Notes: generated by a model not told the origin, from the sequence alone. A DNA stretch of 32,000 nucleotides from Psychrobacter sp. DM4 (GCF_051307035.1 NZ_CP195536.1:1290001-1322000); one strand, 5' to 3'. Counted from the first letter of the stretch, positions 16,214 through 23,730 are shown. Numbers and translations: made by a program.

Positions 16214-16618
16214 CTAAGGTAGTGCGCGTTTTTTGCCCAAAGTTAGTGTGTCCCAATCCCTCATCAAAAACAAGGCAATACAGGCTGATAGCATAGGCCA
16301 AGCTGCAAAAAATAGTAGATTGTCAAAGGGCTCAAGGTACAAACCAAAACTGGATAGAGTAGAGGCTGCATGGAACAACAAAACGGCACTATAGGTCCAT
16401 ACTTTAAAAAGTCCTGCGACAAACAGTACAATAAGGATTAACTGGACACTACCTATCATATAGATGGCCGTGTTCCCCATATCTTCAAAGCCGTAAAACT
16501 TAGAAAATAATCCTGTGGTGTGTTCAGGATTTATCAGTTTATCGAGCGTCCAAAATAAGAAAACGACAAAAATCCCTAGTCGCAGTAGCAATAAAGAGAG
16601 CGGTAAATGTTTTGGCAT
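16214..16618 (-). CDS. Small four-helix integral membrane protein, DoxX-like
   Basis: The 134-aa ORF begins LSLLLLRLGIFVVFLFWTLDKL, which resembles the DoxX N-terminus, and has about four hydrophobic spans. The family assignment is tentative. Confidence 0.5.
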   Translation of the reverse strand: MPKHLPLSLLLLRLGIFVVFLFWTLDKLINPEHTTGLFSKFYGFEDMGNTAIYMIGSVQLILIVLFVAGLFKVWTYSAVLLFHAASTLSSFGLYLEPFDNLLFFAAWPMLSACIALFLMRDWDTLTLGKKRALP

Positions 16619-16764
16619 AAGGAGTAACCCTTTAATATGTTGTGATTACAAGTTCAGAGCAATAGGGTAAGTAGAATGAGTGCCAATAGTCGATTAGGTA
16701 TCATGAGTAAACCGCGTCTCATGCAATGACTGTCGTTCTCAAAGACTATCGTTCTCCCAACAAG

Positions 16765-16794
16765 AATGCCGCCTAAAAATTTTTAAGCGGCATT
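16765..16794. terminator. Hairpin between the AhpD-like and DoxX-like genes (possible partial terminator)
   Basis: AATGCCGC-(14 nt AT loop)-GCGGCATT. The T-run on the minus strand is weak (CTTGTT). Confidence 0.35.
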
Positions 16795-16840
16795 GATAGG
16801 CTATCGAAGGCATTATGGCAACGCTTAAGTCGCCGTACTA

Positions 16841-17395
16841 TTAGCCCGCTTTATGCCACTCAAATTTCTCAAACGGCTTATCCACTGGGGTATTAGCAAG
16901 ATGGTTGGTGTAGTTACTCATCACTTTTTGCGCCGCACCTAGCACCACTTCTAGCACTTGACGCTTGGTGAAACCTGCATCTAGGAATGCTTGTACAGCC
17001 GCATCATCGACATGACCGCGATTACGAACTACTGATAGAGTGAAGTCACGTAATGCTTCTAGTTTTTTTGTTGGAAGTGGTGTCTCATCACGTAACGCAT
17101 TAGTGATAGCATCATCGACTTTCATGCTTTTGGCGATGCCAGTATGAGCGGGTACGCAGTAATGGCACGCATGTTCAACGTTGATGGTTTGCCATACCAC
17201 AGTGGTCTCATCATCATCAAAGCTGCTATCTAAGAACAGTTGATGTAGATGCTGATAGCCTTCTAATAGTCCTGGTGCTTCAGCCATTACCGCATGCAAA
17301 TTTGGAACCATGCCAAAGGCTTTGATAGAGACATCGAGTAATTCTTTGCTATCGGCAGGAGCTGTTTCTTTGTTATGTAATGTAAAATCGGTCAT
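16841..17395 (-). CDS. Carboxymuconolactone decarboxylase / AhpD-like alkylhydroperoxidase family protein
   Basis: The 184-aa ORF contains the AhpD-core CxxC motif EHACHYCVPAHTG. The Shine-Dalgarno sequence AAGGA lies 6 nt upstream. Confidence 0.82.
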   Translation of the reverse strand: MTDFTLHNKETAPADSKELLDVSIKAFGMVPNLHAVMAEAPGLLEGYQHLHQLFLDSSFDDDETTVVWQTINVEHACHYCVPAHTGIAKSMKVDDAITNALRDETPLPTKKLEALRDFTLSVVRNRGHVDDAAVQAFLDAGFTKRQVLEVVLGAAQKVMSNYTNHLANTPVDKPFEKFEWHKAG

Positions 17396-17502
17396 ATAGG
17401 GTCCTTGTGAGTCTCTAAGTTTATGAATATTTAAATGAGTATCTAAGTTTGATTGATTGAAATCAGTGAAGAGGTATTGGTCTTTATTCGCTAACTGAGC
17501 CC

Positions 17503-17531
17503 ACTATAAATCATTTTGAGCAATCGCTCAA
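17503..17531 (-). promoter_or_regulatory. Candidate sigma70 promoter of the AhpD-like gene, overlapped by operator S4
   Basis: On the minus strand, the -35 TTGAGC (plus 17526-17531) is followed by a 17-nt spacer and the -10 TATAGT (plus 17503-17508). Confidence 0.4.
17516..17531. promoter_or_regulatory. Candidate TetR operator S4
   Basis: TTGAGCAATCGCTCAA, with perfect 6-bp arms. Confidence 0.55.
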
Positions 17532-17538
17532 TTTATAT

Positions 17539-17554
17539 TTGAGTGATTGCTCAA
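17539..17554. promoter_or_regulatory. Candidate TetR operator S5
   Basis: TTGAGTGATTGCTCAA, 23 bp centre-to-centre from S4. Confidence 0.55.
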
Positions 17555-17725
17555 ATATTTGTAACGGCTGTTTGTGTTACTGATAGTTTATGACAGCTCA
17601 AAGCGTTTCAACTACTCATGTAACGGCAGGGGGTTTAAAAATGAAAATATTGGGGCTTATTGTTAAACATTGTAGAGTGTAATAGCGGCATGAAGAATGA
17701 GAATAAAAGCTCGGTATTGGTATAA

Positions 17726-18469
17726 TTACTTTTTATTGTCTTTTTCTATAGTGGCCAAAAATGCGGCAAACCCTTCACTTGCTCGAGCTTGTAAGCGGCT
17801 GCTAGTAGTCACGCGGACGCGGTTACTCCAAGTAATTACGTAATTTTTCTTCTCAAATTTTTTAACTAAATCCACATCTTCATGGCATTGAAGGGCTGCA
17901 AAACCCCCAACAGCAATATAGGTCTCACTACTAAAGCTTAAGTTTGCCCCATGAATATGACGATGGTTCATTGTGTCTTGGTAATGAGCCAAATAGTCGT
18001 CACGCGTTTTAGGTGTCAGATGCGCCCAGCTATCGACACTGACTACGCCGCAAATCATATCAGTAGATTGGCTATTAATAGGCAGGTCAGTGATATGAGC
18101 CATTTGCTGCTCTAGCCACTCTGTAGCTACTAGAGTGTCGGCGTCAGTGCAAGCGATCCAAGTTGCACCCTGAGCGATTGCATGACGAACTCCCAAATCA
18201 CGCACCTGTCCCACACACCGATAATCACAGCTTATATAATCGATCCCAGCATCTTTGACTAACGATAGCGTGTCATCGGTGCAGCTATCTAGAACCACTA
18301 GCGTATTGACAGTAATGGTTGAGGGTAACCGTTCAATCGCAGTTTGCACTGATGCCAAACAATCGCTGATAGTCAACTCCTCATTGTGCGCAGGAATAAC
18401 AATAGCGATGTTCATATTAGGCGCGTCTTGTTTGTCTGTCTGATATCGCTTATCTGTGTCATCTATCAT
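17726..18469 (-). CDS. Small soluble family-2 glycosyltransferase (GT-A fold)
   Basis: The N-terminal NIAIVIPAHNEE..LVVLDSCTDDT and the DxD motif CTDADT are present. The preferred start at ATG 18469 forms an ATGA overlap with the upstream stop. The track's longer start at 18514 would overlap the upstream gene by 49 nt. Confidence 0.78.
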   Translation of the reverse strand: MIDDTDKRYQTDKQDAPNMNIAIVIPAHNEELTISDCLASVQTAIERLPSTITVNTLVVLDSCTDDTLSLVKDAGIDYISCDYRCVGQVRDLGVRHAIAQGATWIACTDADTLVATEWLEQQMAHITDLPINSQSTDMICGVVSVDSWAHLTPKTRDDYLAHYQDTMNHRHIHGANLSFSSETYIAVGGFAALQCHEDVDLVKKFEKKNYVITWSNRVRVTTSSRLQARASEGFAAFLATIEKDNKK

Positions 18470-19263
18470 GTTAGGTTTTCTTGCATAGCGACGGACGCAG
18501 GGGAGTGCTGCCAAATATCTAACAAAAAATCGCTATCAATAATCTGACTCTGATGCGAAAAGGCTAAGTGTTCTGTGTGATTAGCTGATACATTGAACGC
18601 TTGCTGCAAGCGTTGGTGCACTATATCTCCCGTCATATCAAAACCATCGATAGCATAGCGCCAATGACAACAGAGTAAAGTACCGTCTACCGCTAAGTTT
18701 TGTTTCACCCACAAGATGACACTATCAACATCAGCGGGCGATAAGTAATATAGAATCTCGCTGATGACGATTAAATCAAAAGCCGTTTTATTAGTGAGAC
18801 TAGTGTCTGACAAAGGATAAGCGTACAGAGGTGACTCTGCTAAAGTCGATAAGGCATGAGGAATAATGCCATGTATCACCTTGATATGTGACAAGGCTTT
18901 CAGGCGTTGTTTGGCATGTTGTACTGCATTGGCGTTACCATCTATACTGACCAATGCCTGACAACGGTGCGCAAGGCATTCACTAAACACGCCATTACCG
19001 CAGCCCAATTCAATAGCGTTGTTATACTTAGCTTGTGGCAATACCGCAAGACACATATCGCGTTTTCGCTTTTCATACCAGCGGGTCTGGTACTGCCAAG
19101 GATCGCTACTGTCGCTATACAATGCATCAAAATATGTCTGTGAGTAGGCACCGGATTCAGTGCAGTCTATTGAGGTGGTATAAGAGGTATTTGAGCCGTC
19201 ACTATTATCTGTTTCAGGGTGGTCGTGACTCATTACCGTTGTAGATCTAGGATTGCAGCTCAT
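18466..19263 (-). CDS. Class I SAM-dependent methyltransferase, NodS-like
   Basis: SDPWQYQTRWYEKRKRDMCL..AIELGCGNGVFSECLAHRCQALVSIDGNANAVQHAKQRL follows the NodS-family pattern (DPW ... E-x-GC-x-x-G-x-F ... ID). The start at 19263 is preferred because the Shine-Dalgarno sequence GGGAGG lies 9 nt upstream. The track's start at 19377 lies deep inside the upstream gene. Confidence 0.75.
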   Translation of the reverse strand: MSCNPRSTTVMSHDHPETDNSDGSNTSYTTSIDCTESGAYSQTYFDALYSDSSDPWQYQTRWYEKRKRDMCLAVLPQAKYNNAIELGCGNGVFSECLAHRCQALVSIDGNANAVQHAKQRLKALSHIKVIHGIIPHALSTLAESPLYAYPLSDTSLTNKTAFDLIVISEILYYLSPADVDSVILWVKQNLAVDGTLLCCHWRYAIDGFDMTGDIVHQRLQQAFNVSANHTEHLAFSHQSQIIDSDFLLDIWQHSPASVAMQENLT

Positions 19264-20083
19264 GCAAATAAACCTCCCAAGGTTGACTGATTCTAGCGAT
19301 GGTTTGTGCTGATAAAATGGGCGGATTGCCTGTACTCTGATCGGTGCTAATTTGACTGGTAAAGCAGGTAATGGCATGAGACTTACGCCGTACTTGCTCG
19401 GCAGTTAAGTCCACTCTGAGAGCGAGATGCCAAGGAACCCGGCTATCAGCAGGTTTAGCCCAGTGCCATGCCCAGATCAAGACTTGATAGCAGGGTAAAT
19501 GATGCAGCTTGGCATAGGCTTTGACGACTTGTCCTGTAGCCTCATGATCAGGATGTCCATCATGAACAAAGGGCGTCACCAAAATATCGTTAGGACGGAT
19601 AATGGTTGCTAGTTTTTTCTTAAACAATTCTCGCTCGGCGAACACCTTACCATCAGTGAGCTTAAGAGTAATAGTGGATACTTGAGGCGCGACACCAAGC
19701 GCTTTTAAGGCGTTCATGCTTTCTTGCGGGCGAATAGTATTGAGGCGCTCTGGTGGATAAATCTCTGAGTTTGGATGGCTTTGAGTGCCATTGGTTACGT
19801 GTACAAGGAGGATGGGGGTGCCATTAACGGCTAAATGCTGGAGCAAGCCGCCACAGCCTAGTATCTCATCATCAGGGTGCGGGGCAAAAATACATACTCT
19901 CGTAAGTGCTGTGATGTTTATCGCTATATCTAACGGCGGTAAATTGTGCAGTTCTTGCCAGTTCTGCCATGCGTCTTGACTGGTTCCATCCCCTTCAATC
20001 ACACGATCACCAACAATCGGATGGTCGTGTTTGATAACACTATCTTTTAGAGACTCAATATTACTAGGTATTATAGTTGCCAT
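19247..20083 (-). CDS. PIG-L / LmbE-family zinc de-N-acetylase
   Basis: The family motifs FAPHPDDEILGCGG and HDGHPDHE (zinc ligands) are present. The Shine-Dalgarno-like AGGGA lies 5 nt upstream. Confidence 0.85.
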   Translation of the reverse strand: MATIIPSNIESLKDSVIKHDHPIVGDRVIEGDGTSQDAWQNWQELHNLPPLDIAINITALTRVCIFAPHPDDEILGCGGLLQHLAVNGTPILLVHVTNGTQSHPNSEIYPPERLNTIRPQESMNALKALGVAPQVSTITLKLTDGKVFAERELFKKKLATIIRPNDILVTPFVHDGHPDHEATGQVVKAYAKLHHLPCYQVLIWAWHWAKPADSRVPWHLALRVDLTAEQVRRKSHAITCFTSQISTDQSTGNPPILSAQTIARISQPWEVYLHELQS

Positions 20084-21192
20084 ATATATCCCTGCCCGTT
20101 TGTTGCATCGCCTGATAAGCGATTGGCTGATTCACTAGTCAGCTCGCCAATTTTTTGTAGATCAAAAGCGCCATGACTTTGGCGAATAAACACAGGCAGA
20201 TCGGCGGCCAGTCTTGCAAAATGTGCATTATTACAAAATGGCGCAGCGCCCAATGCTTGTCCGACACTCTCTAGCACTTGCCTTGCTACTTGCTCAGTGC
20301 TTGCTCTGAGTTGGCGAATAGTCAGCTCATGGCTATGCTGCGGCTGGGCGTCAATGACGCGCGCCATATGATGAAAGGACTGCTGAGTCGCTGCTAATGC
20401 TATGCTGATTTGACCTAAATACATCGCCTTATAATTACAAGGTTTTTGCTGATAGGCAAGTACCAAGTAATCGGCCAAAGAAATAGCGGCTCCATACCAG
20501 CAAGCGGCCACCCCAGCGGCTCCATGCCAGAATCCTGCTCTATTTAAATAGGCATTCGCTGTGCCTACTTGCTCAGCTGTAACTTTATTAAACTGTACTA
20601 TGGCTGTATCAGTGGCTTGCATACCGACTGCTTGCCAGCCCCTATAATCACTCTCAATGCCCTCTTGCTGCATATCGACCAAAAGCAGCTGCGCATGACC
20701 GTTCTTGTCTCGATAGCTCATTAGCCCATAATCGACAATAGCTGCGCCTGAACACCACGCCTTGGTGCCATTCACTATGCCATGCTGACTAAATTTGTCT
20801 TGCTCAAAGCTGAGGGGATGGCCCTCTGCTGCCCAAACCGCAAGCAGTCCCTTAATAGGTTTATCGTAGCCTAGTTCCTGCAGTATACTTAGCGCATCTA
20901 AATGAGATTCAAACCATTTGGCAAGTGTCAAATCAACGCCGGCGACATAAGCTAAGATTTGCCAGCGCTTAAGTGTATGAGCAAGTAGTTCGTTCTCGCT
21001 GGTAGGATGTAGGACATTCTCACTATGCGTAACCAGGATATATAGTATGTCACAGCGCAACTTATCAGTAAGATTACGCGTACTTCGCGCCTGATAATCA
21101 GCGGCTATTTTTCTTTCTACAGCCGCTTTTATAGTCTGCAATAAAGGGTTTTTTACAATCACTATAGTGTGCTCCCAGTTATGCTTATCCAT
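20071..21192 (-). CDS. Acyl-CoA dehydrogenase-fold flavoprotein of unknown substrate
   Basis: The 373-aa ORF has a mid-region KAWCSGAAIVDYGLM and WQAVGMQATDTAIVQFNKV, typical of the ACAD beta-domain. The C-terminus reads DLPVFIRQSHGAFDLQKIG where canonical ACADs have IYEGT. Confidence 0.72.
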   Translation of the reverse strand: MDKHNWEHTIVIVKNPLLQTIKAAVERKIAADYQARSTRNLTDKLRCDILYILVTHSENVLHPTSENELLAHTLKRWQILAYVAGVDLTLAKWFESHLDALSILQELGYDKPIKGLLAVWAAEGHPLSFEQDKFSQHGIVNGTKAWCSGAAIVDYGLMSYRDKNGHAQLLLVDMQQEGIESDYRGWQAVGMQATDTAIVQFNKVTAEQVGTANAYLNRAGFWHGAAGVAACWYGAAISLADYLVLAYQQKPCNYKAMYLGQISIALAATQQSFHHMARVIDAQPQHSHELTIRQLRASTEQVARQVLESVGQALGAAPFCNNAHFARLAADLPVFIRQSHGAFDLQKIGELTSESANRLSGDATNGQGYIWQL

Positions 21193-22783
21193 TCAATTTA
21201 TGAGCAGGGTCTGTATGAGCGCAGTCCCCAGATATGCTTTTAGTTTGAGACTTTTTATTGCTATATAAATCCTCTAAAAAGTCTTGCTGCCAGGCGTGAA
21301 TATCATAGTCCTGTAACCCTGCTAACAGCGTTTGATGACGATCTTTTCGTTCTGAGAGCGGCATCATCAGGGCGATCTTTAAGCCTTGTATCATACTCTT
21401 AGTCTGATGTGGATCTATTGTGACCGCTGCCTGCATTTGTGCAGCGGCTCCAGCATATTTGGAGAGTAATAGAACGCCAGGATTATCAGGATTTTGCGCT
21501 GCGACATATTCCTTGGCAACCAGATTCATGCCATCTTTGAGCGAGTTTACCCAGCCAATATCGCTTTGCCAAAACGCTCTCATCAAGCTGTCATGGTTGA
21601 GTACCTTTTCGCTATAAGCAATGGCTTGCCTTTGATGTGTTTGACAGTCTTGAGTACCGTTATGAATACAGCTACTGGGTAATAAGCTGTGATGACTACT
21701 TTTGACCATTTTTTTGACGTCATCATAAAGCTGCTGATAAACAGGTAAATCTAAGCGGCTTGGGCATGCCACTTGTAATAGTTGCAACTGATTTTGATAA
21801 ATCGGGTACTGCTGAAGAAAATGGACATACGCTGAGAAGCGCTCCAACAAACCTTTAGAGTAATCAATCCTATCTACTGCTATGATTTGCTGCGCTACTG
21901 ACTTAATAGCCTTGTTGTCAGGGTTAGATGTTGGGTTTTTGCAAGATAAATGACGAACCCGATTTTGGATTTTGTTTACATTGATGCCAATAGGGTAAGC
22001 CTTGATACTCAGGCAGTGCAGCGGTGCTAAACTTGTATCAACTCTAAAGTGAGTTCTATCGGATTTTATAGTCCTAAAAGAGCTTTGCTGGATATATGGG
22101 AGGGTTGAGGACGAAAGTCTTGGTCGGGTCTTTATAGTGCCTTTCATGTAATATTTTAACACGTCAACACCATTGGCTTTATCTTGTTCAGTTTGTGTAC
22201 CAAGCACATCATAATGAGCAAGATGCTCTATTAGCTGCCCACTTTGAGCAAGCTTTTGCCACAATAGAAGAGGAGCAAATGGGATGTGCAAAAAAAAGCC
22301 GATACGGTTTTTTATACCAAGTTTGCGGCAATAATAAGCCACGCTCAAAAAGTGATAATCATGTACCCAAATCACATCATCTGGCTGAACAACCTTTTGT
22401 AATTGCTGAGCAAAAAGATGGTTCACCATCTGGTAACCTGCATAATCATCATCGGCTTGACTCACCAAATCAGGGCGCTCATGCAGTAATAGCCACAGTA
22501 CACTATTAGCAAAACCACAATAAAAGTGCTGGTATTGCTTGCGTGTGAGCGCTGTGGTCACATAGGTAATGTCTCTATCTGCTGCACGTGTTGATATCGT
22601 CCGTTTACTCGTACCAAATGCGTTGATAGTATCATCACAAGCGTCGATAACCTTACCATTCCAGCCCATCCAAATTACTGAGTTACCTACCAATATATCG
22701 TCTAATGCTACGGCAAGGCCGCCTGCCGCCTGTGCATCATCAGGCATTTTTACTCGATTAGATAAGACGATTAATCGGCTCAT
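21185..22783 (-). CDS. otsA: Alpha,alpha-trehalose-phosphate synthase (UDP-forming), GT20
   Basis: MSRLIVLSNRV...AGGLAVAL, IWVHDYHFL, RIGFFLHIPF, VDRIDYSKGL and KDGMNLVAKEYVAAQ all follow the OtsA pattern. At 532 aa it is longer than the ~474-aa E. coli enzyme. Confidence 0.9.
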   Translation of the reverse strand: MSRLIVLSNRVKMPDDAQAAGGLAVALDDILVGNSVIWMGWNGKVIDACDDTINAFGTSKRTISTRAADRDITYVTTALTRKQYQHFYCGFANSVLWLLLHERPDLVSQADDDYAGYQMVNHLFAQQLQKVVQPDDVIWVHDYHFLSVAYYCRKLGIKNRIGFFLHIPFAPLLLWQKLAQSGQLIEHLAHYDVLGTQTEQDKANGVDVLKYYMKGTIKTRPRLSSSTLPYIQQSSFRTIKSDRTHFRVDTSLAPLHCLSIKAYPIGINVNKIQNRVRHLSCKNPTSNPDNKAIKSVAQQIIAVDRIDYSKGLLERFSAYVHFLQQYPIYQNQLQLLQVACPSRLDLPVYQQLYDDVKKMVKSSHHSLLPSSCIHNGTQDCQTHQRQAIAYSEKVLNHDSLMRAFWQSDIGWVNSLKDGMNLVAKEYVAAQNPDNPGVLLLSKYAGAAAQMQAAVTIDPHQTKSMIQGLKIALMMPLSERKDRHQTLLAGLQDYDIHAWQQDFLEDLYSNKKSQTKSISGDCAHTDPAHKLNG

Positions 22784-23730
22784 GACTTTGATCTCAGTGT
22801 ATTTGAGTTCATTGATACAGGACTATCTGGGTGAGAGAGGAGAGACGCTTGTGCTTGAAAAAACTTCAAAAAATGATGGAGTAAGACGACAACGTCATCA
22901 GTATCATGCAAATAAAAGCGGGCGTAAGTAGGCTCTTCACCTACCTTGATGCCCATACCCTTTGTCAAGTGTTGATAGTAGTGCTCAGATTTACCCTCCT
23001 TCTCGTCAATGACGCCGCTAGGATTCTGCACAGCCAAAAACCCTGCTTCATCCGTAATATCGTCACCCAAAAAAATAGGACAAAGCGTATCAACAGCTGG
23101 TAGTCCTTGTAGCAAAGTTAAAATCGCTGTACCTTTGTTCACGCCCTCTGGGACTATCTCCCAAACAAACTTACCTTGTTTTAAGCACCAATTAGGATAG
23201 TTATTGCTCACCTTTTCCATGAGATTATAAGCGACATCAGCCAAGGCAGGGTTTTGGCGATAGTGCAAAGCAACAGAGTAAGGTTTATCCTCCAAAGTAA
23301 AATCAGCATATGGCGCGCACAGTGCAATAATGATCTGCTTTATATCATTGAGCTCACTGGGGTCGACAGGTACAGCGGTCGTAGACTCATCATTATTAAG
23401 GCTACTATTTAAGCCGTTATTGGGTACTATCTCTAAACCATGCGTAGCTGCTATTGGCAATACTAAGGGCGATAGCATCTTTTGTGCCTCAACCAGACTG
23501 CGACCTGTGACAACCGCAATGCTAACACCCAAGCTCTGTATCTGTTGCAATAGCGTCAAAGTGGTGATGGGAATAATGCTGTCTTTTGGGTCAAGGGTAA
23601 AGGTAGCCAGTGTACCGTCTATGTCCAAAAACAGACAGTACTTCTTATTGTAAGATAAATGGTCAGCGATTTTGTTTGGCTGAAGGTGTATAGGCGATGT
23701 ATTTACGCTAGAGTCAGGTGCAGGAGTCAT
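22780..23730 (-). CDS. otsB: Trehalose-6-phosphate phosphatase (HAD IIB)
   Basis: LFLDIDGTLATFTLDP (motif I), VVTGRS and FLGDDITDE (motif IV) are present. The Shine-Dalgarno sequence AAGGA lies 6 nt upstream. The stop forms an ATGA overlap with the otsA start. Confidence 0.88.
   Translation of the reverse strand: MTPAPDSSVNTSPIHLQPNKIADHLSYNKKYCLFLDIDGTLATFTLDPKDSIIPITTLTLLQQIQSLGVSIAVVTGRSLVEAQKMLSPLVLPIAATHGLEIVPNNGLNSSLNNDESTTAVPVDPSELNDIKQIIIALCAPYADFTLEDKPYSVALHYRQNPALADVAYNLMEKVSNNYPNWCLKQGKFVWEIVPEGVNKGTAILTLLQGLPAVDTLCPIFLGDDITDEAGFLAVQNPSGVIDEKEGKSEHYYQHLTKGMGIKVGEEPTYARFYLHDTDDVVVLLHHFLKFFQAQASLLSHPDSPVSMNSNTLRSKS

Noticed and set aside
17726-19377. The track gives longer N-terminal extensions for the GT2 gene (start 18514) and the methyltransferase gene (start 19377).
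   Set aside because: The extensions would overlap the upstream genes by 49 and 131 nt and encode Pro/Arg-rich sequence that does not look like a protein domain. Internal starts at 18469 (ATGA coupling) and 19263 (Shine-Dalgarno GGGAGG) fit better.
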